NCBI RefSeq assembly: GCF_009914755.1
Contig: NC_060947.1
From: the human T2T-CHM13v2.0 reference genome, Homo sapiens
Reading direction: 5' to 3' (one strand)
Length of the DNA stretch: 64,000 nucleotides
A program made the translations under genes and the position numbers. The notes under the pieces were generated by a model. The model was not told the DNA's origin. It did no database searches and saw only the letters and a list, made by a program, of their open reading frames with translations. Positions 1 to 64,000 of this stretch are shown piece by piece. How positions within the stretch are numbered: position 1 is the first letter of the stretch; every line of letters begins with the position of its first letter.

Positions 1-330
1 CTATCATCCATCCAGCCAGCCAGCCATTTATATACCCACCCGTTCATGCATCCATTCACCCACGCACCCATGTGTTTATCCATCCATTCATTCATCCACC
101 CACATATCCACCTACCCATTCATCCAACCCTCCATCTATTCACCCATTCATCCATCCACCCACCCATCCATCCACTCACCCACCCATTTGTCCATGCATT
201 CATTCATCCACCCATTTATTTATTCATCTACCCATTTATCTCTCAATCAATCCATGCATCCAGATGTCTGTCCATTTATCCACACATCCACAACCCCCAC
301 CCATCCACCCATGTGTACTTCCATCCTCCC
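1..330. repeat. Degenerate (TCCA)n array
   Basis: CATC/CACC tetramers. Confidence 0.9.
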
Positions 331-1053
331 ACTGACTCAGGAAACTTCATTTGAGCATCTGTACAGCCGACATTGCGTGTGGCTCAGACACCTCTTAACT
401 GCCTTGGCTGCCCACAAGTACCTCACAGGAGGTCTCTGCTATAAATTGGGCTCAGCCCCTGGCAGTGGAGACCAGAAATAAAAAGTGATTTAAATAACAC
501 TGAAACAAACCTGACTTTTTAAATGGTAAGATTAAAAACGTACTCTTCTGTCCTGTAATGAGGTCAGGAGAGTTGGTCTGGGCCTGGCACAGCTGTCTTG
601 CAGTGTCACCAGCCACCCTGGCACCTTTGCTCCATATATTCTGCCATTCTTGGAATAGGACCTCTACCCTCTGGAGGACTTCCTGCTCTAAGCTAGCTGC
701 TGGAACTCCAGACATCACGTCATTATTCCAGGCAGGCCCAGCATGATGCAGAGAAAGCGAAAAGTGGGCTTGTTGGCCACCAGTCCCCCTCTTAAGGGAC
801 TCCTCAGAAGTTTCACCCAATAACTTTGGTTTACATTGATTTTATTAACCAGAACATAGATTTTTGGTTACACCTAACTGCAAAGGAGAATGAGGATATC
901 GTCTTTCAGCTGTCACATTGCCAAAATCAGTAAATTCAAGGTCTCTTAATATAAGGGAAGAAAGAAAGGATATAGGATAGGCAACTGTAGTCTCACACGT
1001 GCATGAGGAATGGATGGAAGGATGGTGGACAGGAGCGCGTATGTAAATACTTT

Positions 1054-1390
1054 TTAGTCTTCTCAGGCTGCCATAATAAAATAGCATAGACTGGGTACTT
1101 AAACAAAAGGAATTTATTTTCTCACAGCTCTGGAGACTGGGAAGTCCAAGATCAAGGGGCTGGTTGGTTCAATTCCTGGTGAGGGCTCTCTTCTTGGTTT
1201 GCTGTGTTCTCACATGGAGGAGAGACAGAGCAAGCATGCCCTCCGATATTTCTTCTTACAAAGGCACTAACTTTCCTGCATAGGGTCCTAACTTTACGAT
1301 TTCATTTAACCTTGATTATTTCCTTGCTGCAAATACAGACACATGGGGAACAGAACTTCAACACACGAATTTGGGGAGTAGATACAACTC
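1054..1390. mobile_element. MLT1-type (ERVL-MaLR) LTR fragment
   Basis: GGCTGCCATAATAAAATAGCATAGACTGGG...CTCACAGCTCTGGAGACTGGGAAGTCCAAGATCAAGG motif. Confidence 0.7.
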
Positions 1391-1838
1391 TGCTCATGGC
1401 ACATATAAGCATGCATACTAAATGTGTGTGTGCATGTGGGTCAATGGAAAGATTGGAAGTCTCATTAATAGCACATATATGCATGCATACTATGTGTGTG
1501 TGCACGTGTGTCTGTATGGAAAGATAGGAAGCCTCATTATCTAAATGCCTAGCCTTTCGGGTGAGCTAATTTTTGTTGTGTATGCATTCAATTGAGTAAT
1601 TAAGCTTCTCAAAGGCTGCCTCTCTTTGTTGGGCTCTCTGCCTGGTGCTGAGGTACAGACAAAGATGTGACTGCTCCACAGCTTATGGGGAGGCTCAGAT
1701 AAACACGAATAAATCTAAATAAACACACATAAATTAAGGCCTATTTAAATAAACACTTGCTGCTCTCAGAAGCAGAGCCACGGCTGTTTGATTTTACTGC
1801 TGTATCCCACAGAGCAGATACTCAAAAAGCTTTGTTGA

Positions 1839-2228
1839 GGCTGGGCATGGTGGCTCCTCCCTGTAATCCTAGGACTTGGGGAGGGCTGAGACTGGGGGAT
1901 CGCTTGAGGTCAGGAGTTTGAGACCAGCCTGGGCAATATAGTGAGACCCTGTCTCTAAAATAAAATAACCTGGGCATGGTGGTGCAGTCCTGTGGTCCCA
2001 GCTACTCAAGAGGCTGAGGTCAGAGGATCACTTGAGCCCAGGAGTTTGAGACCAGCCTGGGTAACATAGACCCCATCTCTAAAATTATAAAATTAGCCGG
2101 ACATGGTGGCACATTCCTGTGGTCCCAGAGGCTCGGGAAGCTGAGATGGTAGGATCTCTTGAGTACAGGAGTTTGAGACCAGCCTGGGCAACACAGAGAG
2201 ACCTCATCTCTGCAAAAAATAAAAATAA
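1839..2228 (+). mobile_element. Old Alu-derived trimer (three FLAM/AluJ-like monomers)
   Basis: Three consecutive units each ending GGAGTTTGAGACCAGCCTGGG...TCTCT-A-rich. Confidence 0.75.
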
Positions 2229-2585
2229 GCGAAAATAAACACAATATTTTTAAAAACATGAAAAAGCTTTGTTGAATAACCAGGCATGTTGAGAAATCAC
2301 CAAGAATAGAGCACTGTAGGAACCTGGGGAGAAAAAAGCTGAGTTGTTGGTGCAGGAGCCAAGCAGTTAGGGGTACATGAAAGAAAATCGCTAGTGGGCT
2401 GCACCCTGGCAAATGCAGCTGGACGAAAGATCTGATGCTACTCATTCCCGAAGGTCACATTCTTAAGCTTGAATGGGTGGCAGAGTTGACCTGACTCAGG
2501 GTAATGGTACAGGAATATACATGTGCGTATATATCATACTGCAAATGTATCCGTTTTGAATCTGACTCTCTAAGAATAATCTACA

Positions 2586-3225
<640 letters not shown>

Positions 3226-3256
3226 TCACAATTTGGGAGAACAGGGAGATAAGAAC

Positions 3257-3522
3257 ATCCAGCAGCCACCCATCCATCTATTCATCCGTCTGTCTATCCA
3301 TGCACCCATCCACCCATGTATTTATCCATCCATCCATACATACATACATCCACCCACCCATTCATCCAACCCTCCATCTATCAACTCATTCATCCATCCA
3401 TCCATTCATCCACCCACAATCCACCCCATCCACCCACCCGCCCTCAATTCATCCACCCACACATCTACCCATCTATCCATCCATCCATCCATCCACCTAT
3501 CCATCCATCCACTCATCCTATC
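3257..3522. repeat. Degenerate (TCCA)n array
   Basis: CATC/CACC tetramers. Confidence 0.9.
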
Positions 3523-3633
3523 TGAATTGTGTCTGTGAGACTCCTCCATGGTGAAATTATTCTTTTCCTAATCTTTTATGTCATACACTTTGGAAGAAGT
3601 GGGGATCTGTGTCCACCTCCTTGATGGTGAGAG

Positions 3634-3757
3634 CAGCAGTCCCCAACCTTTTTGGCACCAGGGACTGGTTTCATGGAAGACAGTTTTTCCACAGAACCAA
3701 GGGTGGGAGGGATGGTTTTAGGATGATTCAAGCACATTACATTGTGCACTTTATTTC

Positions 3758-3792
<35 letters not shown>

Positions 3793-3849
3793 TGTAATGT
3801 ATAATGAAATAATTCTACAACTCACCATAACGTAGAATCAATAGGAGCC
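3634..3849. mobile_element. MER1-type hAT/Charlie DNA transposon fragment with internal (ATT)n
   Basis: CAGCAGTCCCCAACCTTTTTGGCACCAGGGACTGGTTTCATGGAAGAC terminus. Confidence 0.75.
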
Positions 3850-4051
3850 TGTATTAGCCCATTCTCGCACTGCTATGAAGAACTACCTAATTTATGAAGG
3901 AAAGAGGTTTAATTGAGGGGGATGGTGCAAAACCATTCATGAAGGATCTGACCCCATGATCCAGTCACCTTCCACCAGGCCCCCACCTCCAACACTGGGG
4001 ATTTCAGTTTGACATGAGATTTGGGCGGGGACACAGAGCCAAACCATATCA
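3850..4051. mobile_element. MST/THE1-type MaLR LTR, internally deleted
   Basis: TGTATTAG...CACTGCTATGAAGAAC and GAGATTTGG...AAACCATATCA termini. Confidence 0.75.
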
Positions 4052-4115
4052 CCACCAGCACAGCACCAAGCATCTTGCCACTCAGAAAGAATGCCAAAAT
4101 TTCTCTCTAGACATA

Positions 4116-4813
<698 letters not shown>

Positions 4814-5011
4814 TGACAGCTCCCCTGCCCCGATGCTTTCCTTCCTGTTCCATGGAGTTCCATGTTCTGTGCTGTGTAGTTTGATTTTCAGTCCTCCTTT
4901 GAATTCTGCAGCTGTGTATTTAGACCCATTTCCCAGGCCAGTAAACAAAGCCCCGTGGGCAAGAAACCACAGATCCCCCCATAGAAAGTGGGAGAAAATG
5001 CCAGTGTGCAA

Positions 5012-5497
<486 letters not shown>

Positions 5498-6837
5498 AAG
5501 AAGAACTAATTCTTAAAAATTAAAGACACATGGAAGGTTTCCGCAGGAGGCTGGGAGCTACCAAGGGTTAGGTTGAAATGTGCAACGTGGCCACGTGGGT
5601 CCCTTGGAAATGGTCAGAACATGGTTATTTCTTGAGGTTCCACTGGTGAAATAAACGGGAAACATGGAGGCTGCCCCAGCAGTGAGTTCCCCATCCCTTC
5701 TTCAGCCTAGTTTGTGGCCTTCAAAAGATGCTTCCCGTGGCACCTGGATACAATTCAGAAGGCTTTTTCAATTAATTTAATTTTCATTCTGGAGGTTACG
5801 GCCTCTTGGTGCCAGTTCCAGAGGGTCTGCAGAATATTATGGAAATTCATATTTGGAGCCAAAGAATGGCAGCGTTAAAAAAAAATAAAGAAAAAAGGCA
5901 AAAGGCATCTAACTAAATGAATTAGAAACAGAAGTCTTCCAAATGCTTACCTGTGAGAACATAGATAAAAAGCCTCAAAGCCTGGCTTTCAGAAGCTGAT
6001 GTTGCATCTTTATTATGGCTGGCGAGAATGACCTGCGCCCTCCCTGAAAGGCAGCCAGAGTCTAGACTCTACTGGAACATAATGGACAGTCAGAGGAGGG
6101 AAGCTTCACCTGCAGTGCCGTCCAAATGTCAGAGGCTGGAGATGGTCCAGGGGAGGGCCTTTCTTTTGGCGGTAATGGGGGTGAAGCAGGAAGCTCACAG
6201 GGAGAGGGGTGTTTGGAGTGTGAGACAGCAGGAAGACCCTGCGTTCTTTTTATCTCTGCTTCATCCCAAGTCAGACTTGCCTCAGGATGCCAAAATGCCC
6301 GGGCAGCTCCAGCATCCTCTTGCTCCTCAAAATGAGCCCCCAGGGTCCTCCTACTTGCCCTGACCTAGGATCCACACCCTCCCTTGACCCCAGCCCAGGA
6401 CTGTGGCCAGGGAAAAAGAAAGTGCTAATTGATAGAGAGTCAATGCCACGTGGGGAGGTCGGGGGAGAGGTGCAGGAGAAAATACCAGAGAAGGAGCTCT
6501 GGTTGGGTAGTTCATCCGGGTTCACTCCAAGAGGTAACACTTTAAAGGTGGTGTTCCCATGAAGAACGATTACATTTTCCTCATACTTCTAAAGTGCAAT
6601 TATGTTGCTGGGGTTTTGCTGGCCGAAAAGAAAACGAAAAAGAAAAGAAAAAACCTTCCGGTGTGCAAGCTCACACTGTTACTTTTTAAGATGTGCATCA
6701 CTCACACCACCGAGCTCACATTGCTGAGCAGGTCTCTGGGGCACAGGCCCAGCCCCTCTAGCCTTGCAGGTTTCTGACCTAGGGGTGCAGGTGACCTAGG
6801 GAGGGGTGGGTATGGCCGCAGGCAGGGGATAGCTCAA

Positions 6838-7698
<861 letters not shown>

Positions 7699-7785
7699 AC
7701 AGGTGTTATCTCAGAGCCCCTGACTCAGTCGGCTGGGCAGCAAGTATGCCAGCCCAGGAATGGGCCAATAGATGAGGCAGGGCTT

Positions 7786-8997
<1,212 letters not shown>

Positions 8998-9535
8998 GTT
9001 TGAAGTGTGGAATGCAAGAATATTCAGGGTTATTTGTCAGGCTGCAAAGTTGTTCCACTACCCTGCAGGAAAATGGATACAATTTTAGGCTTAGGTGTTA
9101 ACAGATAACATTGTTAAGTGTGGGAAGGGCGACAACTGCACTGCAGCTGTGGCCAGTGGCGCGGGAGGGTGTCTAAACTCAAAGCCCACTGGAAGGCGAG
9201 TCGCCCATGACCAGGACTAGGGCCCAGGTGCCCCAGATAGAAGGCACCTCGTTCCCTATTGCCCCTCACTAACTCCCGTGACCAGGAGTCCCCACTCCCA
9301 ACCTTGTCCTGGGGATTCTGGGGAGAAACTGCCCCAGCGCAGAGGCTACTCCAAGGGTTGTCCTTGGTCCGGCGCAAAGGGTTCGTCCGCCACCCTCCCG
9401 GCTGCGCACCCCGCGCTCGGACGCTCTAGAAAGGACTTGGGACGGGGGTTGCCTGTGGAGCGGGGGCCTAGGCTTCCTGAGCAGGGAGAGGATTGCACTT
9501 TGCTCCCCTTGGGGAACTCCCTGAGGTGAGCAGCG

Positions 9536-9962
9536 GGGAGGGGCCCCCATACTTTTCCCAGCAGGGGAGCCGGGAGTTTCCTCTGCTCCCACTGCAGAGC
9601 AGGGGAGGGTCCCTGCTAGGGGCGGAGAAGGGGCTGCAGGGGCGAGTGGGGAGGGGGGCTACACGTTTCCAAGAAGGGCGGCAGTTTCGTGTCGCTACAG
9701 TTGCAGGCGTGCATTTAGGAGGCTGTAGACAGGGAGGGACCCGCACTTTCCCGAGCAGGGGAGCTGCTGGGAAAGTTTGTTTTTTTGCTCCCACTGGAGA
9801 CCAGGGGGTGAGGGGCGGAGAAGGGGCTGCAGGGGCGAGTGGGGAGAGGGGGCTCTATGTTTCCAAGAAGGGCGGCAGTTTTGTGCCACTACAGTTAAGG
9901 GCCGCCCTCGGGCGTGCATTCAGAGGGCTGTAAACCGGGAGGGACCCGCACTTTCCCGAGAA
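9536..9962 (+). repeat. ~195-bp imperfect direct tandem duplication in proximal promoter
   Basis: GGGGCGGAGAAGGGGCTGCAGGGGCGAGTGGGGAG...TTCCAAGAAGGGCGGCAGTTT...GGGAGGGACCCGCACTTTCCCGAG occurs twice. Confidence 0.85.
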
Positions 9963-10333
9963 CGTTGTAGTTCACTTTGCTTCGGGTCGGCGCCGCCCTG
10001 GCTACGGCCTTGTGGGTGGGTGAGGGGGCGTGGGCAGTTTCCTGAGAAGGGGCGGGGCGTGTACCGTACTCCCCTCGGCGCTGCCTGGGCCACCCCCGCC
10101 CGCCTACCCCCTCTGTCTCCTCCCCGGGCCCGGCGTTCCCGCCCCTTCTGTGCGCGCGTGGAGGCCGGGGCGGGGCGGGCGCAGCCGGCGCTGAGCTTGC
10201 AGGGCCGCTCCCCTCACCCGCCCCCTTCGAGTCCCCGGGCTTCGCCCCACCCGGCCCGTGGGGGAGTATCTGTCCTGCCGCCTTCGCCCACGCCCTGCAC
10301 TCCGGGACCGTCCCTGCGCGCTCTGGGCGCACC

Positions 10334-59792
<49,459 letters not shown>

Positions 59793-60298
59793 AAGATTGT
59801 CGGCAGAAACAGCCCAGGCGTTGGCAGCAGGGTTAGAACAGCTGCCTGAGGCTCCTCCCTGAAGGACACCTGCCTGAGAGCAGAGATGGAGGCCTTCTGT
59901 TCACGGCGGATTCTTTGTTTTAATCTTGCGATGTGCTTTGCTTGTTGCTGGGCGGATGATGTTTACTAACGATGAATTTTACATCCAAAGGGGGATAGGC
60001 ACTTGGACCCCCATTCTCCAAGGCCCGGGGGGGCGGTTTCCCATGGGATGTGAAAGGCTGGCCATTATTAAGTCCCTGTAACTCAAATGTCAACCCCACC
60101 GAGGCACCCCCCCGTCCCCCAGAATCTTGGCTGTTTACAAATCACGTGTCCATCGAGCACGTCTGAAACCCCTGGTAGCCCCGACTTCTTTTTAATTAAA
60201 ATAAGGTAAGCCCTTCAATTTGTTTCTTCAATATTTCTTTCATTTGTAGGGATATTTGTTTTTCATATCAGACTAATAAAAAGAAATTAGAAACCAAG
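59793..60298 (+). other. CD99: CD99 3' UTR (3' end approximate)
   Basis: Stop codon to ~20 nt past AATAAA; U-rich downstream element at 60302-60313. Confidence 0.8.
60275..60280 (+). terminator. Polyadenylation signal AATAAA (secondary ATTAAA at 60195-60200)
   Basis: Canonical hexamer followed by T-run and GT-rich downstream sequence. Confidence 0.85.
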
Positions 60299-60505
60299 TA
60301 CTTTTTTTTTTTTACTTAAATATTTTGCCGTGGGTGGATGTTAAAGAAGGCCGTGGTAATTTACAGGATGGGTTCCAAGTTCTCTTCTTCTGGGGCTTTA
60401 AGGCAGATTTCCAGCCTAAATGCTAGCTCTTTATTTCCAAAATGTCCTTGTTGGGCTCTTTTCCTTTCCCGTGTCCTGCCACATCGGGATGGGTACTCTT
60501 CTGCA

Positions 60506-60672
60506 CCCAGATACTCCCAGCCAGATACTCTCCTCCATCCAGATACTCTGTTTCCAGATACTCTCCCTGCAGCTAGTTATCCCCTTGAGTCCAGATGCTG
60601 CCTGCTTCCAGATACTCCTCTGTATCCAGATACTCCTCTAAATCCAGGTACTCCCTACATCCAGATACTGTA
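60506..60672 (+). repeat. Irregular minisatellite with core CCAGATACTC, ~9 copies
   Basis: Core recurs mostly every 14-18 bp. Confidence 0.85.
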
Positions 60673-61002
60673 CTTCCTAAGATGTACAAGATGTACCGCA
60701 TTTTCCCAACACTGAAGACTTGACCACAGCTTAAGTGGGTTGGTTAAATACATTATGGCCCAGATTGCAATGGATCTTCTGCCTTGTTAAAAAGAATGAA
60801 TGAGTCAAGGGTCTTTTTGTTTACTGACACTGCCTAGCATGTATTGAAGCTCAGTAAACACTTGCAGAATAAATCACAGAAAAGCCTCTCTCCTTAAGAA
60901 GTTAAGAGATTGGCTCTGATACCAACAACTACCATACTATTCCAAATACTATTATTTCAAAAATTTATAAAGTATTTTATTCTATGTTCTATTAGCCATT
61001 AA

Positions 61003-61314
<312 letters not shown>

Positions 61315-61626
61315 TAAGTAACTTTTTAATCATCATTCCCAAAATCATAGGACTTTCTTTACATAGAAGTTCCAAAATAATGAAACAAAAGACTTGTTTT
61401 ACCCAGGTATTTAATGATCCAACAAGCCGTATAATTTAAACTCTATTTTTCAAGTAACCCACTTTCAATAAAATCATGTTTATTTTTATGTCCATGAGAA
61501 ATTAAAATCAGTCATCTACAAAGATGGACATCCACCCTCCACAAAAAAATAAGTCTTGTTGACACATTTCTTGGAAGTATAGATTTATTTATAAGTAAGC
61601 CCTAATTTGACATATCTAAAAAAATA

Positions 61627-61663
<37 letters not shown>

Positions 61664-63475
61664 ATTCTTCTTTTTACTCTTCTGCTTCTTGTTTAATGAG
61701 CCATTTCTGTGGATAGTATGATTACAATGAGCCATTTGTGTGGATGGTATGATTATAATACTTACAAAAATGTCAGTGTTATTCATAGAATGACAACAGA
61801 TTTAATGCATTTTTTCTTTTTTTTATTCTAAAGTTAGTCAATGTGAAGAATCTGACCTCAAAGACAATTCTTGATAATTCATTGGGGAGGACTAGAAACA
61901 CCACCCTCTAACTTTATAACGTGTCATTGGTCACTCAGCAAAGCGGCCAGGCATGCTGGTTTATCCAGCTTTCAGCCCTTGAAGATTCACCAGACTAAGG
62001 ATTAAGTGAAAAAGAATATCTGCCACCTACTTCACTGAGGCGTAAACAGTCCCTATAGATCAATGAGAAAAGGACCCAACACCCGTATAAAAACAAAGGG
62101 CAATTCACATGTTTTCCAGAAATGGAACGCAGATGATTTTATGAAGATAGCCCATTTGATGTCGTTTTTCAACTAAGAGATTGGCAATAATCAGAAAGTT
62201 TGTAGGGCTCTTAGGAAACAGATCTGAGACATCATGTAAGTCCTGGGCATTTGCGAAACTTCTATGGGGAATGGACTGACAGTGTCCTTAAACAATTAAA
62301 CATGCACATCCGTGGTCGGCCCCCTCAAGGGTGGAGAGGATGAGGCATTTGTGATGTCTCAATACATCCTGGAGAATCTAGAAGGTCACCTCCACACACC
62401 TGCACCACAGGTGGCATCCTATAGGTATTTGCTAAAGGAAGCAATGAAAGGGTAAGATAAATAACCAAGAGGTGCCCGCCACTGTGTTCACCCAATTTTA
62501 CATACTCCAAGTTATCACTAGTGTCAAAATCAGAAGAAATAACTCCAATGCCAGAAAAAGCCAGCTGGCTGTGCCCTTCAATATCCTGAGAATGATGGGA
62601 TGTGAAAAGGTGTCGAATCCTCAACAGCAGGGAGACTGCTTGGATGACTCCCACCCAGAACTGAAATTGAAGGCGGAGTTTCTGAGCTTAGAAAGGGGAA
62701 AGACCCAGCATTTATGACTGACTCCTTCATCCAACCTCTTTCCCCAAATCAGACGATTTTTGACATGGGTATGGTAACACCATACGTTTGCATAGAGAGA
62801 TTCATGGGAAGCCTAGCTGCTGTGACGTGCAGCAGTCAGTTTTTAACACCATCATCAGTGGCGAAATGAAACATTCCCTTGAAATCGCCTTTCTCTGGAT
62901 GACTATTTAAACAGCTTCACGTTAGCCTGCCTGTGCGACTGAGGACGTACTGATGATATCCTCATTTTCCGGTGGAGGAAAGTTTATGACGTCAATCCCA
63001 TTCCGAATATCAGGACTTTAAATCTCTATGATGTTAGCACAAAATGCAAGTGGAGCCCTCTCCAAGCTTTCATAGAGCCATGTATTTTGGAAGCCTTAAT
63101 GGGGAGACAGTTCTCAATGTGGAAAAGTTGTCATGTATCGCAGAGAAGAGAACAGACCACCATGCCCAGCTAATATTTGTATTTTTAGTAGAGACGGGGT
63201 TTCAACATGTTGGCCAGGATGGTCTCGATCTGTTGACCTCGTGATCTGCTCACCTCGACCTACCAAAATGCTGGGATTTCAGGCGTGAGCCACCGCGCTG
63301 GGCCCAATACATCTCTTTTCTTAGTTGACTTCTTTTGTATCTCTTCATAGCCTTTTCATATTTTTATATTGATTTGTATCTTTCATTTTTTATATATTTA
63401 AACTACCTACTTATGTTAATTCTGTGCCATGGTAACTTCCTTAATTCATGATTCATATGGGCATACATACAGTCA

Positions 63476-63698
63476 TGGATACAACAGGCTTTCGTATATA
63501 AAATTATGAAAAAGTTTATTCTTTTAACATTTTGTGGGGATACAACAGGTTTTCATATATAAATCATGAAAAAATGCATCTATTCTTCTAACACTTTGTG
63601 AGGATACAACAGGTTTTCATATATAAAATTATGAAAAAAAATTCTTCTAACACCTTTGTGGGGATACAAAAGGTTTTCATATATAAAATCATGAAAAA
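63476..63698 (+). repeat. ~60-65-bp AT-rich tandem repeat, ~3.6 copies
   Basis: GGATACAACAGGTTTTCATATATAAA.T.ATGAAAAA...TTCT..TAACA.TTTGTG recurs. Confidence 0.88.

Positions 63699-64000
<302 letters not shown>

Noticed and set aside
60506-60672. Repeat-spacer appearance reminiscent of CRISPR
   Set aside because: Eukaryotic locus, 10-bp core, spacers mostly under 10 bp, no cas genes; ordinary minisatellite

Overview
Primate (almost certainly human) genomic DNA containing the complete CD99 (MIC2) gene on the + strand; from recall this lies in pseudoautosomal PAR1, upstream of XG. I reconstructed ten coding exons by hand (10334-10400, 33410-33442, 36595-36642, 38649-38693, 39344-39412, 41616-41663, 42303-42353, 45249-45362, 57188-57244, 59767-59792). 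All have GT-AG boundaries and total 558 nt, encoding the 185-aa type I membrane protein MARGAALALL...VQRTLLEK. An 18-nt stop-containing microexon (52344-52361) gives the short type II isoform. The gene has a TATA-less CpG-island promoter with a ~195-bp tandem duplication and an AATAAA at 60275. The rest is very Alu-dense, with L1, LTR, DNA-transposon relics and simple repeats; almost all ORFs in the supplied track are repeat or GC artefacts. I found no convincing new protein-coding system. The best second-look items are a 209-bp MADE1/Alu chimeric palindrome in intron 8, the architecture around the poison microexon, a perfect TACTAAC branch point plus inverted Alus around exon 3, a strong splice donor inside the 3' UTR, and an unexplained 36-bp dispersed duplication in intron 1. 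Repeat boundaries and subfamily names are by eye and approximate.
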